This document shows, one piece after another, positions 19,495 to 29,650 of a DNA stretch of 64,000 nucleotides. A model generated the notes under the pieces. It was not told where the DNA came from. It saw only the letters and a list, made by a program, of their open reading frames with translations, and did not search any database. This DNA is from an uncultured Oligoflexus sp. (GTDB lineage: Bacteria; Bdellovibrionota_B; Oligoflexia; Oligoflexales; Oligoflexaceae), in contig CAXSGP010000002.1 of NCBI GenBank assembly GCA_964236955.1, positions 65,665-129,664 on the forward strand. The letters run 5' to 3'. The position numbers and the translations under genes were made by a program. Every line of letters starts with the position of its first letter. The first letter of the stretch is position 1.

Positions 19495-19956
19495 TAAGAA
19501 TGGAGGTCTGTCTTCCGGTCGCGCGCGTCCGCATTTTAAAAGACCGCGCGATCAACAAAAAGCCTTCCTTGCCAAACTGTTGGTTATGGTAAGTTTTTGG
19601 CATGAATCGGTTCCGCTTTGCTCCGTGCGACCCTGATTGCTTATCAAAAAAGGGAACGGCAGCTTCTCTTCGTTGATTCTTTACACTGCCGTCCCTTGCC
19701 CGGGAGGGTCCCATCCTTTTCAATCATCAATAACTTTAGCCATGGTTGCTTCAAGAGCCTCGCTGCTGCCGAGAGATGGGCCTGTTACATTTTATGAAGC
19801 CGCTTGAAATCCAGCATTTTTTTCGACCATGCAAACGACGGCCGAACTAAGTTAGGGATAATCCGATTGACAAAGCAAGTGCCCTTGGAGACTCTCAGAA
19901 CGGTGCTTCCGGCCCCACCTCGGCCCAACTTCTTCGGACCTTTGTGAGAAGATTTT

Positions 19957-21159
19957 ATGGCTGTTAAGCAAAAATACGATGTTATTTTTATCGGTGGCGG
20001 CTTGGCCGCAGGACTAGCGGCGATTCTTCTGCAAAACCGCATGCCACATCTTTCCCTGCTTATTCTTGAGTCGCGCGAACAGCCGCAAATGCCACAGACC
20101 TGGTCGTTTCAATCGTTACCGTCTAGCATTGACCCAAGCCTCCTAAAAGTATTTTCAAATGTCGGATCCTCCTGGCTAAAACCCTTCGTCTCCCAATCCT
20201 GGAGCGGCTATGAGGTCCGGTTTCCCCTCCTTCGAAAAAATCTGAACCTCTCCTATCACAGTATTCGCAGTTCGGATTTTTGGGCCTATCTGCGCGGCGA
20301 ACTTGGTGATGCCTTGCGACTGGGGGCCAGGGTCGACACGGCGTCCGGCTCCAAAGTCAGGCTGATCAATGGCGAGATTTTGGAGGCCCATCAACTGATT
20401 GATAGCAGGGGATGGGCAGACCGCGCCTTTCCGGTGGCCGGCTATCAGAAATTTATTGGCCTTAACCTTAGTCTAAAAAAACCCCATGGCCTCAGCCGCC
20501 CGATTCTGATGGATGCCACGGTTCCTCAAACCGATGGCTTTCGCTTCATGTATACCCTGCCTTGGAGCGAACGCTCGCTCCTTATCGAGGATACGCATTA
20601 CAGCAACACTTGTGATATCAACGTCAACGATTACCGGGACGCCATACTCGAATATGCAGCCGCTCAAACTTGGGAGGTCGACAGCATCGGCGAGATGGAG
20701 CAGGGTGCTCTGGCTTTGCCAAGCTTTAGCAAAGGCCGCGTTTTTGCTCCTAAACCCGCTCCGGATGTTCCGCAAATTGGCACGCGGGGCGGCCTCTTTC
20801 ACGCCACTACCGGCTATTCGATCTACGACGCTGTCTTGGGTGCGGAAGCCCTCTGGCAAAGCTATGAACGATCGCCGGCCCAGGTCAGCTCTCAACTTAG
20901 CAGCTATAGTCTCCGACGCTGGGACGCTCAGGAATTTTATCGGCGCCTCAATAATATGCTTTTTTTTGCTGCGGCTCCTGCCGAACGTTATCGGGTTTTG
21001 GAACGTTTCTATGGGCATGATGATGATCTTATTTCCCGTTTTTACGCCGGCAAGACCAGCGTTCAGGACAAGATTCGTATTATGACGGGGAAACCTCCTA
21101 TTGCCATGAGACAGGCCCTCTTTCATTTTTTCAATCGCAGCGAGGTGCGGCATGGATAG
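19957..21159 (+). CDS. crtY: lycopene beta-cyclase
   Basis: GGGLAAG, TWSF, YQKFIG, PILMDATVPQTDGFRFMYTLP, LLIEDTHYS, FHATTGYS and RFYAG. Confidence 0.92.
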   Translation: MAVKQKYDVIFIGGGLAAGLAAILLQNRMPHLSLLILESREQPQMPQTWSFQSLPSSIDPSLLKVFSNVGSSWLKPFVSQSWSGYEVRFPLLRKNLNLSYHSIRSSDFWAYLRGELGDALRLGARVDTASGSKVRLINGEILEAHQLIDSRGWADRAFPVAGYQKFIGLNLSLKKPHGLSRPILMDATVPQTDGFRFMYTLPWSERSLLIEDTHYSNTCDINVNDYRDAILEYAAAQTWEVDSIGEMEQGALALPSFSKGRVFAPKPAPDVPQIGTRGGLFHATTGYSIYDAVLGAEALWQSYERSPAQVSSQLSSYSLRRWDAQEFYRRLNNMLFFAAAPAERYRVLERFYGHDDDLISRFYAGKTSVQDKIRIMTGKPPIAMRQALFHFFNRSEVRHG

Positions 21160-22234
21160 CGTCAGCCATCGGTACGGTGCGGATACGTTTGCGCAAGCGG
21201 CGGTTCCGGCTTCGGTCAAGATTTCAAGGCCAGAGAGAGAGAGCCTGGCAGTTGAGGCGCCTTCAACCTCAAATAGTTTTGCCAGTGTGGAGAGCCCGCG
21301 TGTAAAAGCGCTCCTTGCCGAACTTTTGATGCAGCCAACCCTGGAGTTAAAAGAGCGACCCAGCCACCAGTTCCGTGCTCATCTGGTGAATATAGGTGCC
21401 GAACTTTTCAGTCCAAACGTCGACCGCCTCCTGCGCAAAGACCAGCTTCGCCTTGGTTCGGAAGCCATCGAATTTCTCCATCTGGGCTCTCTTATTGTCG
21501 ATGACATTCAAGATGGCAGCCGGGTGAGGCGCCATGGCCCTTCGCTCCATGAAAAGCTCGGCATGCCTCATGCCCTAAGCGTGGGCAATTGGCTTTATTT
21601 TCGCGCTCTTCGCTTACTTGACAAGCTTGATCTCGACCTCGAGCGCAGACAACTTTTAAATAATGAATGGCATGAAGCCATGGAACATGCCCACTATGGC
21701 CAGATTATGGATCTTTCCCTTTCTGTGCAGCAGCTCCCACTCGCCCATCTCGTCGACGTCTGCAAGCACTGCGCGCTTTATAAAACGGGTTCGATTACAG
21801 CGTTGGCGATAGGCATGGGCGCTTTGCTTCAAGGCGCCACGATCAAGCAGCTGCAGGCCATCAAAAAACTGGGCACAGCACTGGGGATCTATCTGCAGCA
21901 ACTCAATGATATTGGCAACATTATAGGCGAATGCGATGTCGAAAAACGGTTTGAGGATCTGCTTGCCTATAAACCCTCTTTTATCTGGAGTTTCACGCTG
22001 GAGCGTTTTGGGGCCCGCAGTCTCGATCAGCTTTTTCAGGCCACCCGGCAGCTACCCCAAGCAACCGCCGGACTCGAGGACTGGATCGCGCGGCATGATC
22101 TGCAGAAAAATGCCGGGGTCCACGCGGAAGACATGTTTTTAAAAGCCCTGGATGAATTTCAAATCAATTATCCCGGATGTGATCTCACGAAACTCATCAA
22201 TCTGCAGTACAGGATAAAATCAGCATATGCATAA
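21152..22234 (+). CDS. crtE: polyprenyl (geranylgeranyl) diphosphate synthase
   Basis: First Asp-rich motif LIVDDIQDGSRVRRHGP, GQIMDL and YKTG; carotenoid cluster context. Confidence 0.85.
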   Translation: MDSVSHRYGADTFAQAAVPASVKISRPERESLAVEAPSTSNSFASVESPRVKALLAELLMQPTLELKERPSHQFRAHLVNIGAELFSPNVDRLLRKDQLRLGSEAIEFLHLGSLIVDDIQDGSRVRRHGPSLHEKLGMPHALSVGNWLYFRALRLLDKLDLDLERRQLLNNEWHEAMEHAHYGQIMDLSLSVQQLPLAHLVDVCKHCALYKTGSITALAIGMGALLQGATIKQLQAIKKLGTALGIYLQQLNDIGNIIGECDVEKRFEDLLAYKPSFIWSFTLERFGARSLDQLFQATRQLPQATAGLEDWIARHDLQKNAGVHAEDMFLKALDEFQINYPGCDLTKLINLQYRIKSAYA

Positions 22235-23726
22235 AGACCGGAATGCGGACGATAAAACAGCCATCGTCATTGGCAGCGGATTCGGTGGTCTGGCAGCAGC
22301 GATCCGCCTGCAAGCGCAAGGTTTTAGGACCCAGATTCTGGAGTCCCGCGATAAGCCGGGTGGCCGCGCCTATGTCTATCAGGAGAAAGGTTTTACTTTT
22401 GACGCCGGGCCTACCGTGATCACTGTGCCGCAGTGTCTGGAGGAGCTCTTTGAACTTGCCGGCAAACACATGTCGGACTATATCGAATTGCTTGAGGTCC
22501 AACCCTTTTACCGCTTGTTTTGGGAAGATGGCACGGTCTTTAACTATTCCAATCAGGAAGCCGACCTACTGACCCAAATAGGCAAACGCGAGCCGCGCGA
22601 CGTTCAAGGTTATCAGGATTATCTCGAATACGCGGAAAAAGTCTATAGAGAAGGCTATGAAAAATTGGGACAGGTTCCCTTCCTCAGGTTTTGGGATATG
22701 GTCAAAGCCACACCGCAGCTTGTCAAACTCAACGCCCAACGTTCCGTCTATTCCACGATCAGCAAATATATCAAAGACGAAAAGACGCGCCAGGCGCTTA
22801 GTTTTAACAGTTTGCTCATCGGCGGCAATCCCTTCGAAATCTCTTCCGTTTACACCTTGATTCATCCCCTGGAAAAAAAATTCGGCGTGCATTTTCCCAA
22901 AGGCGGCACCCATGCGCTGATACGGGCAATGGTCAAGGTTTTTGAGGATATCGGCGGCAGCATCCGCTGCAGCACCCCCGTCGAACGCATCGTAACCCAT
23001 TCAGGCCAGGCCATTGGCGTAAGAATCGCCGAAGGCTTTTTGCCGGCAAAAATCGTCATCAGCAATGCCGATGTCCATCACACCTATACCAAGCTCCTTC
23101 AGGACGAACCGCTCGCCAAACGTGCGCGTAAGGCCATGGATAAAAAAGATTATTCAATGTCGCTCTTTGTCATCTATTTTGGTGCAAGCAAACGCTTCGA
23201 TAATCTCAGCCATCACAACATCATGTTTGGCGAACGCTACCAGGGCCTTTTGAACGACATCTTCAAAACCGGTGAATTGTCTGATGACTTTTCCATCTAC
23301 CTCCACGCACCTTCGGCCACCGACCCTAGCCTCGCACCCGAGGGTCACTATGCCTACTACGCTCTGGCTCCTGTACCCAATTTAAAAATATCCGATGTCA
23401 ACTGGGAGGAGGAAGCGCCACGCTACTGCGAACGCATCCTCACCTATCTCGACGAGCATTATATGCCAGGCATCAAAGAATCGATCGTGATCAAAAAATG
23501 GTTTTCGCCGCAGGATTTTGTCAGTGAACTCAACGCTGTCCATGGCGCGGCTTTTTCCCTGACACCGACCCTTCGACAAAGCGCCTTTTTTAGGGTGCAC
23601 AATAGGGACGACGCTATCAGAGGGCTCTACTTTGTTGGGGCCGGAACCCATCCGGGCGCTGGGATTCCGGGAGTGGTGGGTTCAGCAAAAGCCACATGCT
23701 CAGTGATTGAGGCGGATTTCACATAA
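22227..23726 (+). CDS. crtI: phytoene desaturase
   Basis: IGSGFGGLAAAIRL, FDAGPTVIT, FPKGGT and LYFVGAGTHPGAGIPGV. Confidence 0.96.
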   Translation: MHKDRNADDKTAIVIGSGFGGLAAAIRLQAQGFRTQILESRDKPGGRAYVYQEKGFTFDAGPTVITVPQCLEELFELAGKHMSDYIELLEVQPFYRLFWEDGTVFNYSNQEADLLTQIGKREPRDVQGYQDYLEYAEKVYREGYEKLGQVPFLRFWDMVKATPQLVKLNAQRSVYSTISKYIKDEKTRQALSFNSLLIGGNPFEISSVYTLIHPLEKKFGVHFPKGGTHALIRAMVKVFEDIGGSIRCSTPVERIVTHSGQAIGVRIAEGFLPAKIVISNADVHHTYTKLLQDEPLAKRARKAMDKKDYSMSLFVIYFGASKRFDNLSHHNIMFGERYQGLLNDIFKTGELSDDFSIYLHAPSATDPSLAPEGHYAYYALAPVPNLKISDVNWEEEAPRYCERILTYLDEHYMPGIKESIVIKKWFSPQDFVSELNAVHGAAFSLTPTLRQSAFFRVHNRDDAIRGLYFVGAGTHPGAGIPGVVGSAKATCSVIEADFT

Positions 23727-23742
23727 AACCTTGAGGTGATTT

Positions 23743-24621
23743 CTGGATACCCAGACCTACAGTTATAACGTGATAAGAAAAGGCTCCTTGAGTTTTTCTT
23801 TCGCGTCAAAGCTTTTTGAATCGCAGATCCGCGACCGCGTCGTGCGACTCTACGCCTGGTGCCGTTACGTTGACGATCAGATCGACAATGAATCGGACCC
23901 TCTAGAGCTGCGGGAGCAGACGCTAAGGCTCCTTGCCAAACAAAGTTTTGACCCTATAGTATCAGCGGATATTCCGCCGGCCATTCGTGCGTTTCGCGAA
24001 CTCCGCACTGAGATAGACCTACCGACTGAACATGCCGCCGATCTACTCAAGGGCATGGCGATGGATCTGGGTAGGCAGCGTTATCAAAGTTTAGAGGATC
24101 TTGAGGTCTATTGCTATCGAGTCGCTGGCGTCGTGGGCCTGATGATGAGCCATCTCATGAAGGTGCATGACGTCCGAGCCTATCAGCATGCCATCGATCT
24201 CGGTCTGGCGATGCAGCTCACCAATATTTGCCGTGATGTTGCTGAAGACGCCAGGATGGGCCGCATCTATCTCCCCGAACAATGGCTGCAGCATGCCAAT
24301 CTCTTGGCCGAGCCCGAGCAGTTACTTAGGCCCGAAAGCAAAAAAGCCATCATTCCCATCGTCCGCATGCTCCTGACGCGGGCTGATGGACTCTACCGAA
24401 GCGGTGATCAAGGTCTAAAGTACTTGCCCCTTCGCTGTGCCCTGGCCGTAGGGATAGCTCGCGAAGTGTATGCGGCTATCGGCCATGAGATCCTCAGGCG
24501 AGGCGAGCAGGCCTGGGACAATCGCACCTGGATCCCTTTCCCTAAAAAGCTCATGCTGGGCATCAAAGGCTTGGCCAAGGTGTTTGCCACTCTTCCTTAT
24601 CGTTGCAGCCAAAGGAGCTAA
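23743..24621 (+). CDS. crtB: phytoene synthase (start CTG 23743 or GTG 23770)
   Basis: GSLSFSFAS, LYAWCRYVDDQID, YCYRVAGVVG and LGLAMQLTNICRDVAEDARMGRIYLP. Confidence 0.95.
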   Translation: MDTQTYSYNVIRKGSLSFSFASKLFESQIRDRVVRLYAWCRYVDDQIDNESDPLELREQTLRLLAKQSFDPIVSADIPPAIRAFRELRTEIDLPTEHAADLLKGMAMDLGRQRYQSLEDLEVYCYRVAGVVGLMMSHLMKVHDVRAYQHAIDLGLAMQLTNICRDVAEDARMGRIYLPEQWLQHANLLAEPEQLLRPESKKAIIPIVRMLLTRADGLYRSGDQGLKYLPLRCALAVGIAREVYAAIGHEILRRGEQAWDNRTWIPFPKKLMLGIKGLAKVFATLPYRCSQRS

Positions 24622-24622
24622 G

Positions 24623-25252
24623 ATGCCCACCCAAGCAAAAGTCGAAACAGAGGCAAACGCCTTCTCTCAACAGCATGCCTCCCTTGTGCAAGAGGCCAAA
24701 AATTATGTTTTGAATATCCGAAGCTTTGAAGGCGAGGATTGGCTTCGCTATGCTACTTGGATGGCGACGATTGGCAGCCTTTTCTTCGGCATTTCCTCGT
24801 TTCTCCTTCTCGGCCTTGGCCATGCCGTGCAGTATCCAGGCTACGTCTGGTTCATCCCGGGCGGCACGTTCCTCTTTGTCGTTGCCCTTGCCTTTGACGA
24901 TATCGGCCATCGCACGCTTTATAAACTTGACCTTAAGGCCGGGGAAGGACATGTCCATCAGATGATCATTGTCACGGCCGTATCAAGCGTCATGGCGCTC
25001 TGTCTTTGTTATGAGCATGCCGTGACCTTTTCCGTTCCGGCTATGGCCTTGATTGCGCTCTCGCTCTTTTATAGCGCCATCGATGAAGCTCTGCACTGGC
25101 ACCGCTATCTCAGCCGCGGCCTCGATCGCATTGAAATGTGGAGTCACTTTGTGGCAATTCTTGGCCATGTGCTGATGATCTCGTGTTGGTGGCACTGGTA
25201 TAAGGAAGGTTATCCTGGAGTTTCCGAAACCCTTAAACACCTTCCTTTTTGA
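24623..25252 (+). CDS. uncharacterised multi-pass membrane protein with duplicated D[DE]xxH...ExxxH motif
   Basis: AAGGAG RBS; about five hydrophobic helices; DDIGH...EGHVH and DEALH...EMWSHFVAILGH; lies within the crt cluster. Confidence 0.8.
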   Translation: MPTQAKVETEANAFSQQHASLVQEAKNYVLNIRSFEGEDWLRYATWMATIGSLFFGISSFLLLGLGHAVQYPGYVWFIPGGTFLFVVALAFDDIGHRTLYKLDLKAGEGHVHQMIIVTAVSSVMALCLCYEHAVTFSVPAMALIALSLFYSAIDEALHWHRYLSRGLDRIEMWSHFVAILGHVLMISCWWHWYKEGYPGVSETLKHLPF

Positions 25253-25259
25253 GAAGACC

Positions 25260-26330
25260 ATGATCTCGATTGTTTTAGCACTATCAGGCTTGATCCTACT
25301 TGCCTATCGGCTCTGGCCCAGGCTCACACAGCCTTTGACTGGGGGCGAATTCTCGCTACCAAAGGTTTCCATTATTGTGCCAGCCCGCAACGAAGAGCAG
25401 CATCTTCCCGAGCTTCTTGACTCGCTGACCCGGATTGACTATCCGGACTTTGAGATCATTGTTGTCGACGACCGATCCACTGACGGATCGATTGCTCTGA
25501 TCAAAAAATATCCTGTGCAGCTTATTGTCGGCACGGAACGGCCCGAGGGCTGGATCGGCAAGCCCTGGGCTTGTCACCAGGCCAGTCTAAAGGCTGCGGG
25601 CGATCTTTTGCTCTTTACGGACGCTGACACCCGCCATCACCCTGCAAGCCTTCAGATCGCTGTAAAGGCCCTTCAAAAGAATAAGGCCCACGGTCTCACC
25701 GCACTCCCCTATCATAGTAATCCCAAGCTTTGGGAACGCCTCCTCGGCCCCTTTCATCTCCTCCTCATAGCCTTGACGAATCCCTATGGCAAACCTCAAA
25801 AAGGCCGGGTCTTTGCTATCGGTCAATACCTTCTGTTTCATCGCGATTTTTATCTGCGGATCGGTGGTCATCAAGCGATCAAAGATGACAATATCGATGA
25901 TCTGGCTTTGGCGGGACGAACACTCGCTGCTGGCGGTACCTGGCATGTGCATACGGGCGCCAGTCTTTATAAGGTGCGAATGTATGAAAGTCTCAGTGCC
26001 TTTATCAAAGGCTGGCGCCGCAATTTTCGCGGCGGTATGCGCCACAACTCAGCCTTAAGCTCCTGCGAGGTTTTCCTTTTTTTTATGGCGATGACCGTAG
26101 GCTTACAAGGCCACACCCCTAGCCTTGTCATCAGCGGCCTCACCTTCACGCTGCTGGCCCTGACGCAAATGAAGCTGGGTCGGTTTTCTGCAGCCGGCAT
26201 CCTGCTGCTTCCCTATTCGATCATCCTCTTTACCTGGATCAGTCTGCTGGCCGTCTACGATCGGATCCTGACAAAGCCGCTGCACTGGAAAAACCGCAGC
26301 TACCTTGCCACTTATCGAAAAGCGCCTTAG
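25260..26330 (+). CDS. family 2 glycosyltransferase, carotenoid glycosyltransferase-like (CrtQ/CruC type)
   Basis: IIVPARNEE, VVDDRSTD, PEGWIGKPWACHQ, FTDAD, DDLALA and VRMY...GWRRN. Confidence 0.85.
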   Translation: MISIVLALSGLILLAYRLWPRLTQPLTGGEFSLPKVSIIVPARNEEQHLPELLDSLTRIDYPDFEIIVVDDRSTDGSIALIKKYPVQLIVGTERPEGWIGKPWACHQASLKAAGDLLLFTDADTRHHPASLQIAVKALQKNKAHGLTALPYHSNPKLWERLLGPFHLLLIALTNPYGKPQKGRVFAIGQYLLFHRDFYLRIGGHQAIKDDNIDDLALAGRTLAAGGTWHVHTGASLYKVRMYESLSAFIKGWRRNFRGGMRHNSALSSCEVFLFFMAMTVGLQGHTPSLVISGLTFTLLALTQMKLGRFSAAGILLLPYSIILFTWISLLAVYDRILTKPLHWKNRSYLATYRKAP

Positions 26331-26520
26331 GGGGGGGAGTGGCTGCTCGGCGAGGCATTTCTTTCGGTCCGCTTTTTCGAATGCTTTCATTCTCCACTAG
26401 CAGAAAAATCAAACCCACCAAAGGAGCGGCTGCGGAGCGAAGCCAAAGGCCGTATTCAAAAGCATGAAAAAATCAATGGGCAGACGAAGGAAACCAGCCC
26501 ATGATCTTAAAGCGTCAGGC

Positions 26521-28149
26521 TCAGTGAAAGTGCGCGTAGGAACGATTCACGGTGTGATCAATAATGACACCGACGAGGCGCTTGACGTCCACCGGCTTGG
26601 TCAGATGCTCGTTGCAGCCGACTGCTATGGATTTGGCTCTTTCATCCTTCATAGCGTGCGCGGAAAGGGCAACGATCGACCCTTTATATCCCATTTGGCG
26701 AAGCTGCGAGGTGGCTCCATAACCATCGAGAAGGGGCATCTGCACATCCATAAGAATAATATCATAATGCCGTGACATAGCCTCTTTAATGGCCTCCTCA
26801 CCATTCTCAGCGATGCGCACTGTTGCCCCTCGCCGCGTTAGAATGCGGCGAATCAGCAATTGGTTATCCGGCGCATCTTCGGCGACTAGGATCTCAAGAC
26901 CTTCGAGTTCGAGCGTGATTTCAACTTTCACATGGCTTTTGGTTGCGCATCGCTGCATCGCTTCGATGGCCGGCGCTCCCCCCGGCCCTTCGCTCTCGAT
27001 GCTGATGACAAAGCTACTGCCCTTGCCAAGGGCGCTCGTTGCCAGCTCGATGTCACCACCGAGCGCACGGGCGAGTCGCCTGGACAGAAACAGGCCTAGG
27101 CCGGTCCCTCCATAGCTACGCGTCGTTGAACTGTCGGCCTGATTAAATGCTTCAAACAGGCGCTTCTGCTCGCTGGGGGAAATGCCCCGCCCGGTATCGG
27201 TCACAGTCAGTTGCAGCTGAGCCGGCTTTAAGCCCGTGCCGCAAAAATGGCGGGCAGCCACGGTAACTGTTCCTTCCTGTGTAAATTTCAAGGCATTGCC
27301 GATAATATTTTTTAGGATCTGCCGCAGCCGAGTCGGATCAGTCTGAATGGTCGCCGGTATCGCCTTGTCCATTGTAAACGTAAGCTGAACGTTGCGACGG
27401 CGCGCTTGCTCGGTAAACGAGTGACAGGTCTCATTAAGAAGCTCAGCCAGCGGCGTGGGAATAATCTCAATATCGAGTTTGCCGGCTTCAACTTTTGAAA
27501 GATCCAGAAGTTCATCGATAAGCTTGCTCAGATCCTGGCCGTTGCGTTTTATCGTCTGCAGATAAAGCATGCTCTCATCATTGACTGGAATTTCGTTGGC
27601 TATAAGTTCACTAAAGCCTAGGATAATCCCCAGCGGTGTGCGAATTTCATGACTCATATTGGCCAAAAAAGCGCTTTTGGTCCGGTTGGCGGCCTCAGCC
27701 TCAAAACGCGAACGTTCGAGATCAGAAAGCAGGTCGCGAACCTGATACTGACGGCGTCGCGCCGCGACAGCAGCCTGCAGACTGCTGACCAGAGTCACGA
27801 TCCGCAGCGGACGCTCAAGAATGGTCACGTTTCTAAGCAAGGCATGCAGCAGGGAAATTATTTGAGCCGATTGCGCGGCACCCGTAAGCACGACGAAGGG
27901 CAGGTCGGACCAGGCAGGTTGATTGTTGACAAAGTCCCGGAGACAATCGGCCTGTCCTGAAATCATCTCGATGGCGATTAATACCGCGCTGGCATTTTCG
28001 GCCATAAGTCTGCAAAGCTCTTTAACACTTTCACACGTCACCGCCTCGAGCCCGGCTTCCTGAAGTATGCTGACGGTCAGCGCATTGTCTTTCACAAGAC
28101 TCGAGCAAACCAGGATCCGCTTGCCAGCATCGGCTTCAGCGACTTTCAT
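26521..28149 (-). CDS. hybrid sensor histidine kinase / response regulator
   Basis: FLANMSHEIRTPL, NALKFT, DTGRGI, GGTGLGL and C-terminal receiver ILMDVQMP...KP; degenerate N-terminal receiver. Confidence 0.93.
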   Translation of the reverse strand: MKVAEADAGKRILVCSSLVKDNALTVSILQEAGLEAVTCESVKELCRLMAENASAVLIAIEMISGQADCLRDFVNNQPAWSDLPFVVLTGAAQSAQIISLLHALLRNVTILERPLRIVTLVSSLQAAVAARRRQYQVRDLLSDLERSRFEAEAANRTKSAFLANMSHEIRTPLGIILGFSELIANEIPVNDESMLYLQTIKRNGQDLSKLIDELLDLSKVEAGKLDIEIIPTPLAELLNETCHSFTEQARRRNVQLTFTMDKAIPATIQTDPTRLRQILKNIIGNALKFTQEGTVTVAARHFCGTGLKPAQLQLTVTDTGRGISPSEQKRLFEAFNQADSSTTRSYGGTGLGLFLSRRLARALGGDIELATSALGKGSSFVISIESEGPGGAPAIEAMQRCATKSHVKVEITLELEGLEILVAEDAPDNQLLIRRILTRRGATVRIAENGEEAIKEAMSRHYDIILMDVQMPLLDGYGATSQLRQMGYKGSIVALSAHAMKDERAKSIAVGCNEHLTKPVDVKRLVGVIIDHTVNRSYAHFH

Positions 28150-29650
28150 ATTGACCTTTCATAAGATGCTCGGGATGGCCGATGAAAATTGGGTTTCCCC
28201 CCAGGATGCCGGTGAAATTGACGAGTGGTTTGCCAACGTGCACACCCTGGCTGTTGAGACTCATCTCACGAATCGCATGCTCGTGTGCCCCCGACCTTTT
28301 TTTCAGGACTGAAATAGCCTTTCGCGCCTCCCCGCCGGCTTCAAAGTAGCGAAGTAGGACCACGTTGTCAGCAATATAACTGACATCGAATGCGCCTGTG
28401 TTCAAAGTCTCGCCGATCAGGCCATGTTGAACAAGGATCAAAAAGGAAGCAACACCCATTTGATTTAAATAGGTCAAAAGCTCGTGCAAATGCAGGATCA
28501 AATATTTTTCCGCCGGCATCGCGTGCATATAGCCGGAAATACTATCTATCACCACTATTTTAGCGCCAAACGCTTCCACTGATTCGCGGACCAGGTGAGT
28601 AAATTCGCCCGGAGAAAGCTCGGCAGGGTCTATTTGCTTGAGTTTTAGCAGGCCTTTATCCATGAGGCTTTGCACCTCAAATCCAAGGCCACGGGAACGC
28701 TCGATATAGGTTCGCTCGTTTTCATCAAAAAGAAAGATGACAGCCTTTCGCCCCTGCCGGGCGGCAGCGATAGCAAAGCTTTCAGCAACGCTGGACTTGC
28801 CAGATCCAGCAGGACCTAAAATCAGGGTGCTGCTGCCGAGGGTAATGCCGCCGCCGACCAGCGAATCCAGTTCCTGGCTGCCACTGGCAACGGGAACGCT
28901 TGCAAAATCTTCCTTATGCCGGGCCGCGCGCAGCATGGGAAAGACGTTGATGCCGCCTGTTTCAATCGTAAAATCATGATAGCCGCTTCGAAATTTCACA
29001 CCGCGCAGTTTGGCGATTCGGCAACGCCGTCGCTCCGTACCATATTCGGGCGCCAACTGTTCGAGACATAAGACGCCATGGGCGATACTCTGGGGCTGAA
29101 GATCGGCCTGATTCGAGGTCAGATCATCAAGCACAAGCACGGTCGAGCCGCGGCTGGTGAAGAACTGTTTTAGTCCCAGAACCTGGCGTCGATAGCGCAA
29201 GGGATCCCGCGCCAGTAGCCGCATTTCGGATAGAGAATCAAAGACGATGCGGACGGGACGAACCCGATCCACTTCGGCTAGCAGCGATTGTGTGGTCTGG
29301 CCCAATTCCACTTCGGAAGGATGAAAGAAGGTATATTGGCCATCTGGTAAAACCGCCTCTTCGGGCGCTACCATTTCAAACAGAGACAGGTTATCGATCT
29401 TCCAACCATGGGAACGGGCAACCTCAAGGAGTTCGTCCTTTGACTCTGAGAGGGTCACGTAAAGACCTGACTGACCCTCCTTTAAACCTTCCATTAAAAA
29501 CTGCATGGCAAGCGTGGTCTTGCCGGAGCCAGGGTGTCCCTCGACTAAATAAAAATGACCGACTGGTAAGCCACCACAGAGAATTTCGTCCAAGCCTGCG
29601 ATGCCGGTTTTTGCAAGCCCATTTGCTGGATCCGATAATTCTTTAGCCAT
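28136..29650 (-). CDS. KaiC-like double RecA-fold ATPase
   Basis: Two P-loops (GHPGSGKT, GPAGSGKS), TGIAGLDEIL, IAKLRG and VLKKRSGAHE. Confidence 0.9.
   Translation of the reverse strand: MAKELSDPANGLAKTGIAGLDEILCGGLPVGHFYLVEGHPGSGKTTLAMQFLMEGLKEGQSGLYVTLSESKDELLEVARSHGWKIDNLSLFEMVAPEEAVLPDGQYTFFHPSEVELGQTTQSLLAEVDRVRPVRIVFDSLSEMRLLARDPLRYRRQVLGLKQFFTSRGSTVLVLDDLTSNQADLQPQSIAHGVLCLEQLAPEYGTERRRCRIAKLRGVKFRSGYHDFTIETGGINVFPMLRAARHKEDFASVPVASGSQELDSLVGGGITLGSSTLILGPAGSGKSSVAESFAIAAARQGRKAVIFLFDENERTYIERSRGLGFEVQSLMDKGLLKLKQIDPAELSPGEFTHLVRESVEAFGAKIVVIDSISGYMHAMPAEKYLILHLHELLTYLNQMGVASFLILVQHGLIGETLNTGAFDVSYIADNVVLLRYFEAGGEARKAISVLKKRSGAHEHAIREMSLNSQGVHVGKPLVNFTGILGGNPIFIGHPEHLMKGQYESR

Noticed and set aside
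24623..25252. Calling this gene crtZ or cruF
   Set aside because: It lacks the HxxxxH/HxxHH boxes of CrtZ and the GxPFGxYxY-type motif of CruF.
28136..29650. True circadian clock
   Set aside because: No kaiA or kaiB in the window and no ST phosphosite pair.
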